Shown here piece by piece: positions 1 through 12,216 of a DNA stretch of 64,000 nucleotides. How positions within the stretch are numbered: position 1 is the stretch's first letter; each line of letters begins with the position of its first letter. The stretch is taken from NCBI GenBank assembly GCA_973895155.1, contig OZ316893.1:20526857-20590856 (forward strand), in the 5' to 3' direction. Below the pieces are notes generated by a model. It was not told the origin of the DNA and ran no database searches. It saw only the letters and a program-made list of their open reading frames with translations. The translations under genes and the position numbers were made by a program. The DNA comes from Marsupella aquatica. Its lineage: Eukaryota > Plantae > Marchantiophyta.

Positions 1-104
1 CTATTTAAATTAATTGGTAGTTTACATAGGGAACAAATGACATTATTGTCATTAAGTTAAAATAGCTGTGTCTTAGAAGGAACATACTATATATTGAAGA
101 CCCA

Positions 105-285
105 TGAAAATTGGAAAGCAATGCAGCCATGGATATGTGCCAAATTGGACAATTGGGGACCCTTTGGGAGTTTGGGAAAGCAATGCAGCCATGGACATAG
201 CATTTTTGCCATGGATATGTGCCAAATTGGACAATTGGAGGCCCTTTGGGAGTTTCGGAAAGCAATGGAGCCATGGACAGAGCAT
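105..285. repeat. Short degenerate tandem repeat (gcaatgcagccatggatatgtgccaaattggacaattgg units)
   Basis: ccatggatatgtgccaaattggacaattgg occurs at ~127 and ~209; gcaatg-agccatgga recurs three times. Confidence 0.75.
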
Positions 286-1944
286 TCTTTCAGTGTCTTT
301 TTCAAAACCAAGAATACTTTCCCCCCTGACCATCTCTTGACATTGAAGCTTGAATTTAGAATCAATAAATACAATAACATGTTGTACTTTATTTTGTCGT
401 GGTCGTATTTTGAATTTGCTTTGCCAAATTAAATTAAGTTAATGACAAAGAAAATGAAGAAGCAAAAAAACATTACATTTAGTGTGAAGAAAGGAGTGAC
501 ACTCTTTTACATTCAAGAAAAATGGAGCTCCCAAATGATGCACAACAATCAAGTCACCATTCAATCATGCTTATTAACTTCTCCTCCATTTGCCTTCCTC
601 TACCAGTCTTTATTGATTCCCATGGGAAGTTTCTTTCAAAATTTTGGGATGCACATGTAGCCACATCAGCATGATTTGCCACAAGCAATAACCCTTAGTT
701 ATGCAAGAAGAACCAAATTTGACTGTTTGTGTTTGGGGCAAGGCAAAGAAAAATTAATCCATGGACCCCCTTGTTTCTTTGCTTAGTTTGAGTTTCTTTA
801 TTTTGGATTCAGGGTTTAGAGTTTAGGAGTTGTAGAAATTGGTGAACACTTCCCCCCCTTATATATAGGAGTTGTAGAAACTCTGGAGACGACTGACTCT
901 GGACAAACTAAACCCGCGTTTGAGTGCCAAAAACTGAAAATTCAGAGGTGGTTACATTTTTGGGAACCACTTTAATAACTTGTTATTATTATTGAAATTT
1001 TATTTATGTTATAGTTTCTTTAATAAGTAAAAAAGATAACTAAAACATCTAATGCTTAAAAACATTAACATCTTCTTGTGTATTTGATTTACTTTTATTT
1101 TAGTTTTACGTGTAGGAATTACTGCATAGCGACCTAGTTGTTACAAAAAACTTAAAAAATCTGGGAATGTTTTTTTTTGCAAACAGTTGCGTCCTCTTTG
1201 TTGATGTCATTGTTGATGTGGCACGTCCTCGTGCCAGGAATTTGCAAGAGACTCCTAATGGGGGTCCGACAATTAAAGACCTAACTATAAAAACAATAGA
1301 AAACTGAAAACTAGCATTATAAGTACACAAAGAAAATGATAAAATAGGGTGTGAAAGAAAACAATCTTTGATGAGTTGTGATTGATATGTCAATGTTTTT
1401 TGGTAATCTATTTCAATTTTCTATTTAATTACACATTTTTGAAATAATGACAAGAAGAAATAAACTCTTCAATTACTCTAACATTACCAAGGTAACATAA
1501 GAAACCCAATAAACTTTTAAACTTCTCTGACTAACATTTACCAAGTAACTTAATAAACACTTTGGCTATTGATAAAGGAGTAACCAACAAAGGTAAGAAA
1601 TATCATAATTATTATGGGTAGAAGAATACCAAGGGACTCTAAGAACTTTCAACACTTATGCACAACGTAATATTTTGCATGAACATATGGAATGTTACAT
1701 GTATTGTATAGACATAGAGGTACTAAGTGAAACATTTTGCATGAAGAATTGCCCTTGGCATTACCGTGAATGTACTCCTATTTGCCTTCAATGAAATTCT
1801 CTTAACTATCTTTAAAATTCACTTCATTTATAATCCTCCATTTAATCTTTTTCATCTCATCTATCTATTCCAATGTGCAACTCTTCATGGCTCCAAATAG
1901 TTCAATCAAAACAAGCTTACATAACCAAGGGGTCCTCAAACTAA

Positions 1945-3098
1945 TTACCACTATAATACCTATACCGGTCTGTCCCTTTACAAACTAACTAAAAAAAGGG
2001 AACAAATCTTCACATTTTAACACCGTCAGATCTATCCATACACACCATCTAAAGTAAATGCTGCCCAAGTTGCCCTTTAGCCTGCTCAAGATTTAAAAAA
2101 CTTAATTAAAAATAATTAAATTTCTTTATATTTAAATTGGAAAATTGGGAAATAAGTTTGATTATAAATAAAATATAAAACATGTATCTCTCTGAAAATT
2201 TAAAATTTTAGAAATCAATTTTTTTTGTCATTTGACTATGCTTGGACTCTTAACACATTGACCATCACGTCTCCAATTCTATGTGCAATGCACAAGTTTA
2301 TGAACGTGACCATAAAAGTGTATGGCTGGGATCACAAATAACATGTCTCAATAAGTACATTGCAAAGCTTATAATTTTTTGCCTCGCCTTGATATCTTTT
2401 CTCGACTTGATATATTTTTCTAGTCTTCACGTATTTATCTCTCCTTAACATCTTTTCCTTGCCTTGCCATCTTTTTCTCATTTCGTTATCTTTTCTCACA
2501 TTGACATCTTTATCTCACCGTGACTTTTGTCCTCACCCTCACACCTTTTCACTCCTCAAAATCTTTTCGCTCTTCAACATCTTTTCTCACCTTGACATCT
2601 TATCTTCTTGCTTATCTTTTTCTCATCTTGCCTTGTTTTCTCTCCTTGCCTCGTTTTCTCTCCTTGTCATCACTTCCTCATCTTGACGTATTTTTTCTCA
2701 CCTTGCCATCTTATCTCTCCTCAACATATTTTTCTCACCTCAAGTTCATTTCCTCACCGCAACGTTTTCTCACGTACCTCGACATTTTTTCCTCACTTGA
2801 CATCTTTTCTCACCTCAATATCTTTTGTGCACAAGTATCAGCCAGGCCCAAGATGTATTTCACAACATCTTTTACTTCACAACATCTTTGACTAACGAGA
2901 TACTTTACTTATCGACCATTTTGTACTTAACAAAATTTTAGTTTATACTTGATGACAACTTTATACTTGATGACATCTTGGGAGACATGACAAGATCTTT
3001 TTTCTTAATAACATCTTGGGGGCGACACGACATCGTTTTTCTTAACGATATCTTGGGCGACATGACATCTTTTGTGCAATGCACGGGTAATGAGCTAG
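1945..3098 (+). mobile_element. Non-autonomous Helitron, copy 1 (5' end approximate)
   Basis: 3' end gtgcaatgcac hairpin (3074-3084) followed by CTAG|T (3095-3098). Internal blocks (tccctttacaaact, tcagatctatccata, cgtctccaattct, ttctcacattgacatctttatctc) match the reverse complement of 57868-58497. Confidence 0.75.
2380..3070 (+). repeat. Pyrimidine-rich minisatellite (~18-20 bp unit, ttttctcaccttgacatc-like) inside the Helitron
   Basis: Many degenerate copies of tctcac(c/a)ttgacatc; overlapping ORFs are low-complexity artefacts. Confidence 0.75.
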
Positions 3099-4344
3099 TA
3101 GAGTATATAGTAAGAGCATCTCCAGCTAGGTTGCAAAGCCATGTGACCTCCATCTTTTTCCATTAGCAGCCATCATTTTCAGGCAAAGCTCCCCAAGACC
3201 ACTCTATATCCCCAAATGAAAGGAGGCCCACCACCCAAATGCAATTATGTTGCCACTAGATTGTCGGGCTAGATTGGTAATCACACTAGGCACCCACAAA
3301 ATGCTGCCCCATATCAATTGACCTTCTTCCAGCCACAAAGTGTCACTTGTGACGAGAAACTCACAGCACGAAGAATACTCCCAAGTGTGTACTTTGTGAC
3401 TGACTATGGATGGAGGCTGGTTACAGAGTTCACTGGTGGTGATTCATGAAAAGGATGCAGGCCGGCTAGTTTTGAGGTCTCTCAATCAGTTAGTAACAGG
3501 CAAGCTGTCACACCATTCTAGGTAGTGTTAGAGTGTATCGTACTATCTAGATCCGTATGTTTGGTATGTGTGCTATATGAGCCGATAAGGTTTTGTCAGG
3601 TTTGTGTGAGAGGGTACTTCTCACTTGTGAGGCATTGAAAGGTCATCTTTCAATGTTGAGCCTTGGAGAGAGAGGAGCTTGAGTGGCTATGGTGGCTATG
3701 AGCTCCGCTTGTGTAACGTGGATTCCTTGAGTAGTGCAAGGTGCGTTGGCTTGACATACGTGTGTGATCGGATCGGTGCGGGATCGATGGGGTATTGTTG
3801 ACTGGGATCGTTGTGCCAATTGTATGGAGATTACATTGAAAGATCATGAGCTTCAAACTCTGTTGTGCGGACAGAAGCTCAGTCTGAGTTTATCGTTGAC
3901 GGTGACGGTTCGTGGTAGCTCGAATCAATTGGATTTGTGTTTGACGCGGATTCATGTTTCTTGAATCGTTGGTTCTATTGTTTGAGTACTCTGTTGCTAT
4001 TTGATCTGGTTCTGGCCAAGCTTGAACGTTGGATCTGGATCTGGTCTAGATCTGGATTGAGTTGGAGTCTAGATCTGGAAAAAGATGGCCGAAGGTTGCT
4101 GCTTGTATCGCACTACTGTTTTGTGGACAGATCTGTTGGAATTTTGAGTGCTCGCAGCATTTTATTGTCAAGGGACGCTCACCAAATGTCCCAGAAATGT
4201 GCGCGACAGGTTTGCAGAGGTCAAGAGCCATCGACGTTGCCATTTTTTTGAAGGAAATTGCTGCTTTTGAGTGGCAAATGTTGCCATTTCTGAGCCCGAC
4301 GACTTCTGTTTTGTGTACACACATAACTGTGCGCGCATAAGGCG

Positions 4345-4565
4345 ACGCGTGAGGTCACCCATCCCGAAAGTGCTCCCACCATGAGCGCAAAGTCACCCAT
4401 CGTGAGCGCAAGCAGGCGCGAGGTCGAGGTCACCCATCGCGAGCGCAAGCAGGCACGAGGTCGAGGTCACCCATCCCGGGGCTGTTCCGGGTCGTGAGCG
4501 CAAGGGGAGGCACGAGGTCGAGCGCGAGGAGGTCACCCATCCCGGGGCTATTCCCAGCCGCAAGC
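4345..4565 (+). repeat. GC-rich tandem repeats in the retrotransposon leader
   Basis: gtcacccatc recurs 5 times, interleaved with gagcgcaagcaggc and gaggtcgag. Confidence 0.75.
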
Positions 4566-5132
4566 GCTTAACTGGCAAGTTCTCATCCCACCTTGTGTGC
4601 ACACAAGTTTTCACAACTTGTTTAGATTCAAGCGCCAGGGGGCTTTATACACTTTCCGGTTTGCTTAGAACCTTGTTTCGGGCCAAATAAGAGGCTCTTT
4701 AGAGGTTTTTGATAGTTTTGAGTTCATCTAAATACACAGATTGAACTAATTGTGCATAGTTTCTCATCTATAACATTGGGATATCATGAAGCCTATTATG
4801 AAGGCCTTTCATTGAACATTATGAATATTTATTTGATCAATGTGTGATCACTCTTGGTGTGGAGAGTTAGTGTTTGACTATTCTTGTTGATTGGATCCTC
4901 TCCACGCTTGTTTCCTGTTTATGTGCCATGTTGGTTCGGTGTGGGGGCTTGATTCCATAGGAGTGATCCGGGTTTGCAACTGGACATTCTAGTGTGCTGT
5001 GTATTTCTCTCCTGGTGATGTTGGAGTGATGCCCAACACACCATGGTGAGTGCTTGTGGTGCTGACAGGGATAGATTGCCCTTAGGGTTAGCACATAGAT
5101 TAGGTTAGGGTTGGTCACCACGGATTCTTCTG

Positions 5133-7150
5133 GTGCTGCTGGATTACCCGATGGACGATGGACGACGGACCGATTTCACTCGGAGTGGGGCACAGTTTCG
5201 GCCAGCGGCATTGGTAGCAATCAGCAGTGCAGCTTCAGACAGTGATTTTGATGAGGACTCAGTGACCAGTTCTCCTCATGATCAAGTGGTTGCACCTTTG
5301 TTGTGGGATATGGACGAGATGTACGGGGCTACAAAGGGCCCACGACGATACTCTGGTGCAGTTGGCACGATTGATCTGGATGACTTCATCCAGGAGTTTG
5401 ATACGTGGTGCGATATGCAGACATTGCATAACGCCACATTGTTTACCCCTTTCATGGCATGGAAGGGATTATTTCAGCATTTGGAGGGGCCACCCATGGA
5501 TGACTACCATGAGTTTCGGAAGGCTCATTTGGTTGAGATTGAGGCATGGAGGCAACATTGGTCGCCTAATTACGTGTCCATCACCTATGGCACTAGTGCG
5601 GCTGCCCAACCCATTGCCACAGCTGCTGCTTCTTCTAGCAGCACTAGCCAGAGTGGCACACCATCCACCAGCAGCACTCCAGCAACATCCACCGCTACTC
5701 CTGCCGGTGTGATTGCGACAGGAACTGGAGTTGCGCCAACATTTAACCCTATGGTGGAATTCTTTGAGGTACTGAAGCAGAACTATCAGGGTGTAAGAAC
5801 TGATAAGTTGAAGGGTCTTCAGGAGTTCCAGCGCAAGACTGGAGAGAGTCTACGTGAGGCATACACTCGTATGCTCAGATTGATCACTGTCACCAAAGGA
5901 ATGACAGAGGCTCAGGCAGTCCAGTTTTGGTATGCAATTCTGGACAGAGAATTGCGACGCAGAGTGAGAGATGTCACTCTGCTTAGGGATGCAGATCCCA
6001 CATTAGCAGTTGTTTTTACACTTTCTGAGCGCATTGAGCTCAATATGGTGAATGAGAAGGTGGTGACTTCCGGATTTGCCAAGGAAGCACCAAAGGCTGC
6101 ATCCACATCCACACCACAACCTACTACACGGAAGAGCCAGAGGGAGAAGCCTACTACACGAGAGTCTACCAGCCCTCTGTGCCCTCTTATGTTGGACAAC
6201 AATCAGGATGTTGAACCTGTGGTGGGGATCATGCACAGAGATATTGCCTAGATCATAGAGGATCAGGGGGAGCATCAGCACCTGATCAGCGACAGTGTGA
6301 TCATTGTGGAGCTCCTGGACACACCAAGGATAGGTGTTTCTCACTCCACCCTGAGTTACGGAGGGGAGGATCCCGTACACATGATCAGGGAAGAGGAGGA
6401 GGAGGTAGAGGTGGTGGACGTGGTCGTGGCATGCCACATGCAGGGAGACAGGGAGGTGACGCTGCCCCTGCTGTAACCATAGATCCAAAGGATGCTAAGA
6501 TTGCTCAATTGGAGCAACAGCTAGCTGCCATGGCTAGTTCCCAGGCGAGACCTACTTCTGGTGATGGGGCATCTACATCCTATGGATCTTCCACATCCCA
6601 TGGTCCTTCCACATCTTATGGAGCTGATGGAGATCTTGCCACCATGGGATTCATGTGTGGCACTGCACATATTGATGCATCAACAACTTTGACACGTGGG
6701 GCAGCCAAAGCTCTTGAGCCCCGAGGAGCAGTAGTGGAGCTAGATCCACATAGGGGGGATGCACGTCGACAGACAAAGCTTCCTCAGTCTTTTACATTGT
6801 CAGAGACAGTTCAGACTGCCTCTATGAACCCGGTTCAGACAAACCCTGGCGTGGGTAAGTTGGAAGAATCCGGTAGTGATACAGTAGGGATGACAGGTAC
6901 CCTGCTGGGGGTGGCTACTGCCATAGTACGCACCCCATTATTTTCAGCGACAGACATGCTGAACTTGGGAGTTGGTCTTGCAGAAGTATTCAGATTGGCA
7001 GCTACACTCTGTGAGGACACTACAGTTGTTGCTTCCCATGTAGAAGCGGCTTGCAGTGTTGAAGCAGTGAAGACCATACCACCTACTGCTACTAGTGAGA
7101 CATGGCATGCAGCAGCAGCAAGGTTTAGGGTTTACCAGCATGCCCTGCAT
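5133..7150 (+). pseudogene. Gag region of the DNMT-gypsy element (frameshifted), with two zinc knuckles
   Basis: Retrotransposon gag-like LQEFQRKTGESLREAY; knuckles C*TCGGDHAQRYC (6209) and CDHCGAPGHTKDRC (6296) in the frame of ORF 6431. Confidence 0.8.
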
Positions 7151-7179
7151 TTGAGAGGACTAGGTTTAAACCTAGTGTT

Positions 7180-7620
7180 GTGTCATTGGATAATCGGAGT
7201 GGTATCTTCCGATTAGTTGGGCCTTCTGGAGCAGTATACCAGCCAGAGAGAGTGTTACTGGATACTGGTGCTAAGCCCTTGATGTTGGGGAAGTCTGCCA
7301 TACGTGGATTGGGATTGCGTCCAGAGGATTTGGAGGATTGTCCCTTTCCCATTCAGACTTCATTGGGGGGACCTACACCTACATAGCATATCACCAGGAG
7401 ACCACTTGATTTGAGGATTCAGGAAGGTCATACCACAGATAGCTCACAGATACAGGCGCGAGCTATTCTGACTAAGGCAGAGTCATATGATGTGTTGGTG
7501 GGATGTACAGTGCTCTACCCCACGGGATTTATTCTTGATTTTTTGGGAGGAATCAGTGTCATATAGACCTGATTGGCAGTCAGGAGATGCTCGATTGAGA
7601 AAATTGCCAGTGAGATTTAG
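7180..7620 (+). pseudogene. Aspartic protease of the DNMT-gypsy element
   Basis: RVLLDTGA active site; YDVLVG flap-distal motif after an in-frame TAG at 7384. Confidence 0.8.
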
Positions 7621-7840
7621 TGGACCTGTGGGAGACCCTAAATCCACACCATTGTCTTTGGCAGCATTCAGTGGTGTAATTGCTGGACCTGATGATTTGA
7701 TTGAGGGTAATGCGCATGCAGCCAATGTTCCACCATTGGAGGAGTCTCACGAGGAGCACATCATGCGAGGATTACCTGTTGGCAATGTTGTGCCACCAGT
7801 GTGGGGTACTGCACAGGCCTTGCCATAGGCAGTAGCACGA

Positions 7841-8900
7841 TTGGTACATGATGCATGGCGTCATGCTTTTACATCACAGTCAGGAGCAGAGCAGTCTCTT
7901 GCAGATGGACCTGTGACTCTTTCACCATTGGATACCACTCCTATTGCTTGGCAATATCCACCGGAGGGTATTTGTTTGTTGGATCTTTTTGGTGGGATTA
8001 GCACTGGATTGGCTGCTATTCTTCAGGCAAGAATTCCTGTGCATCGTTATTTGTATGTGGAGACAGATGAGACAGCACGGAGGGTCTCATTGCGACATGT
8101 GGCTATGTTGGTGGATAGATACCCACAGTTGCTGCCAGTGGATACTGTTCGTGGTTATCAGCATGCACTACCTGCTGATATTTCATTGCTGGGGGCGGAT
8201 CATCTACATCGTGTTGGCCCCATTGATTTGGTGATTGCTGGTTGGCCATGTCAGGGCCAATCTAGAGCTGGCATTGGGCATGGACTTCATGATCCACGCT
8301 CTGCATTGTTTTGGGAGATGTTACGGGTGCTGCGTCATCTCCAGCTACATCAGACACAGTCTCCAGCATATATTTCGGAGAATGTGCCATTGTTAGATGA
8401 TGATCGTAGTCGGATTGTTGCCAGTGTTCACCAGGTGAGGTCTTGGATTGGACCTGCTGTGTTATTGGATGCTGCACGTGTGGGTTCTCGTGCATATCGT
8501 CCACGCTTGTGGTGGACTAATTTGATCCCATGTGAGGTGCTGAAGCGCGCATTTGACAGCATTCCACGCTCACTAGCCTTAGTGGTGGATGATATTTTGG
8601 ATCCAGGGTATCGTGCACAAGGTGTGACCCAACCTGATAGACCTCCATTGGCAATGGTCAATGTAGTTGGGTGCCCACGTTGTGCATTACCCACTCTTGT
8701 AAGCCACTCTGTTTCATATGCATTCAGAGCAGGTGGCCCTGGACTTGTGTGGGACACAGCTCTCCAGCAGTTAGTGGAACCTACTGCTGATGAGAGAGAG
8801 CGTGCTATGGGATTTTTGACTAGCACCACTGTAGTTGCCTCTATGTAAGAGGGTTTGTGGCGCCAGGTTCTTGGTCAAGCAATGGACCTGAATTGTTTGA
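7841..8900 (+). CDS. C5 cytosine DNA methyltransferase domain (DNMT3/DRM-like, unpermuted) embedded in the retrotransposon polyprotein; one stop before motif X
   Basis: Motif I LDLFGG (7979), II YVETD, III ADIS, IV AGWPCQG (8240), V DPRSALF, VI ENV (8378), VIII RPRLWWTN (8498), IX ERERAMGF, X LGQAMD (~8870, same frame after TAA at 8846). Confidence 0.9.
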
Positions 8901-9248
8901 CTTGGATTATCAGCTTGGGAGTAGCTGAACAGTTGTGGATGCGCTCTGCTGGGATTACTGATTGTCCCTTGGTGAGCTTGCGGTCCACTGAGACAGTACT
9001 GACCACAGCTGGGGGCGAGCAGACAGTCCATGGACCTATGGCAGGATTGGCCAAGGCTGGACAAATTGTTGAGCAGGGAGGGAATTCTCAATCTACTGCT
9101 AAATAGCAATCATCGGCTATCTCTTCTACCCTACAAAGAGATATTAGGGATTTGGTGAAGAGTTGGGAACCATAACTTGACCCGAAGTTGACAGGGGAGG
9201 AGAGACGTTGCATGCATCGATTCCTGAAGAGTTACTGGAATTGTTAGC

Positions 9249-10601
9249 ATGAAAGATTTGGGGACATTAAAGGGTCTTGGTATTCAGATTGAATTGGCTA
9301 GTGATGCGCCAATCTTTCGTAGGCCATACCGTTACAATGACATGGAGAGAGCTCTGATTCAAAGTAGAACTCAAGATTTGTTGGAGGCTGGATTGGTGGA
9401 GATTTCATATGGGGAGTATGCATCTGCCACCGTGATGCCAGCCAAGAAGGATGTGCATGGCAATTACACAGATAGGTGCATGTGTGGTGATTACAGACCT
9501 ATTAATCGCCAGACAAAATCTGATCGATATGCCATGCCCACACTTGAGGAGATCTTTGATGTTGTGGGGCATGCAAAGGTTTTCAGTTCATTGGATCTGA
9601 GGGCAGGGTACCATCAGCTTCCAATTAGGCATGCTGACAGGTCCAAGACAGCATTCTGGGGGATTGATTCTTATGGCAAAGATCGTTTGTATCAGTGGTT
9701 ATTCTTACCATTTGGGTTGAAGAATGCACCAGCTGAGTTCTAGAGAGTCATGGATCGAATCCTTGCAGGTTTGGATTTTGTCAGATGTTATATTGATGAT
9801 ATTTTGGTCTATTCTTTTATTGTGGAAGAACATCAGCAGCACTTGCAGATTGTGTTGGAGAGATTGAGAGCACATGGGCTAAAGCTCCATCCTGGCAAGT
9901 ATAAGTTTTTCCAAGACCAGATTGAGTATTTGGGCCACACTATATACCCAGGGGGATTGGGTGTACAGCAGACTAAAGTGGAGGCCCTTACACAGATTCC
10001 TTGTCCTACTGACGTGAGTAGAGTTCGTGCATTCTTGGGATTGGTGAGCTACTACAGGAGGTATGTTAAAGGATTTAGCCAGCTTGCTAAACCTTTGACC
10101 ATACTCACTAAGTTGGATCACGAATGGATTTGGGGTGATGACTAGGAGCATGCCTTTCAGGAGTTGAAGCAAAGGTTGGCATCATCCCCTATTTTGAGAA
10201 GACCCATTTCAGGCAGACCATTTCAGCTACACACTGATTGGAGTGGAGTAGGACTTGGAGCAGTGCTGACTCAGAAGGATGATGAGGGGAATGAGTTTGT
10301 TGTGGCTTATGCCAGTAGATCAAACAATTCAGCAGAGGCTAAGTATAGCTCTTATGAGGGAGAGTGTTTGGCAGCAGTGTGGGCTGTTGCACACTTTCGT
10401 TGCTACTTGTTTGGTAACCCCTTCACCTTGATCACTGATCATCAGCCTCTTAAGTGGTTAATGGAGTCTGACAAGCTTACAGGGAAGCTTGCACGATGGG
10501 CATTGTTGTTACAGGAGTATGATTTCCAGGTGGTGCATAGGCCTGGAAAAGTGAACTTGGATGCAGATGGATTAAGCCGCAATCCATGTACCAGTCAGTA
10601 G
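9249..10601 (+). pseudogene. Reverse transcriptase and RNase H of the DNMT-gypsy element
   Basis: MCGDYRPIN, LDLRAGYHQ, PFGLKNAPAEF*R, YIDDILVYS, TDWS, TDHQPL, ADGLSR; all one frame with stops at 9741 and 10143. Confidence 0.93.
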
Positions 10602-10682
10602 GATGAGACTGGAGCCAGATGGCATGATGAGTCAGATAAGGAGATGGTGCCAGGATGACATGCATCTACCTTTCTTTGTTGG

Positions 10683-12216
10683 GTGTCAGCATACAATGGA
10701 TCTGTGGACTCTACCTCATTGGATGGAGTGGATGATGAGTCTTCAGATGTGGATGTTGGTGAGGTAACTTTTGGACAGCAAGATATTCACAATGATGTGA
10801 GAGTGTTGGAATATCTGCGCAGTGATTCTATTGTTGGCAGTGTTGATGCCAAAGAATGTGACAGGGTTCTACAAAGAGCCAAGAGGTTTCGATGGGAGGG
10901 AAACCATCTTTTGAGAGTACTGCATGATGGTAGAGTGTTGGTGGTCCCAAAACCATCACAGAGAGTACATTTGGTGCGACATGCGCACGAGGAGTTGGGT
11001 CACTTTGGTGTAAGGCGCACTTACAGCTTGCTGCAGACACAGTATTGGTGGCGTGGTATGCACACTCATTTCCAACAGTTGATAGCTAAGTGTATGGTAT
11101 GTGATAGAGTGAGAGCATCATTTAATGCTCCCACTCCCCAGTTGCACCCGTTGCCGATCATGGGTTTGGGATATCGTTGGAGTTTGGATTTTGCTGGTCC
11201 ATTACCTCTTACCCAACGTCATAATCGGTATGTTTTGGTCATGGTGGAGCACTTCTCCAAGTGGATTGAGCTAGTGGCGTTGCCAGATAAAGCTAGTGGA
11301 GGAGTTGCTGCTACATTTTTGGATCGTGTACTCAGTCATTTTGGAGCACCAGCTAAGGTGTTGACTGATCAGGGAACTGAGTTCCGTGGAGAGTTTGTGT
11401 GAACAACCTCTGATTGATCATCGTACTACCTCTCGTGATCATCCTGAGGCAGATGGATTAGCTGAGAGAGTTGTGCAAATTGTGAAGAGAGGATTGCGTA
11501 AGTATGGCTTGCAGGTTGGTCATCTGGGAGATTGGGATCTCCAGCTACCTTGGTTAGCTATGGGCTACCGTTTCAGTCGGCAAGCATCACTTGCATCCTT
11601 CTCACCTTACTTTTTGCTCTATGGTAGAGAGCCAGATTTGCCAGCAGCTATTCGTCGTGATGCTGCATCAGTTGTGAACTTGGATGATCCTGATGTTTGG
11701 GTCAAGGTGTGTTCATTGAGAGCACGGGTATTTCAGCGAGTGATGCCCATGGCTTTCGACAACCTTGCCATTGCCCAACATTGTGATACTTTGAGGTATG
11801 CCACTATTCGTGGAGGAAGTTACCGTGCAAACATTCGGCGATTTCATCCTGGTGATTATATTTATTTGCAGCAGACAGCACCCACGACACTTGATGTGAT
11901 GACAGGCCGGACAATCTTACGTGTGCGTGAAGTGTTTCCTTCTGGTGTCCTGATGTTGGAGGGACGCGATGGTATGGTTTGGAAGGATCATGTGCGCAAC
12001 TGTGCACCATGTCACCTTCCCAACATTGATGGTACAATAGATCCAAGCTTGGCACATATTTGTGCTGGCTTAAAATGTATGTTGTGTGGATCTGCTCAGG
12101 GAGCAGCTACTATGTTGATTTGTGATAAGTGTTCTAGAGGATGGCACATGTCATGTTTGACACCACCATTGCAGGTGATTCCTAGTGGATCATGGTTGTG
12201 TCCTCAGTGTCGGTGA
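10683..12216 (+). pseudogene. Integrase with C-terminal PHD finger (frameshift near 11395)
   Basis: HHCC (HEELGH...CMVC), WSLDFAG, TDQGTEF, GLAER; C-terminal CMLC...ICDKCSRGWHMSCLTPPL...WLCPQC is a C4HC3 PHD. Confidence 0.92.

Noticed and set aside
4345-4565. Repeat-spacer-like pattern resembling a CRISPR array
   Set aside because: Eukaryotic context, spacers are themselves repetitive, no cas genes
7841-8848. DNMT as a bacterial restriction-modification gene or contaminant
   Set aside because: Continuous with retroelement protease and RT, same composition and decay pattern, no partner endonuclease
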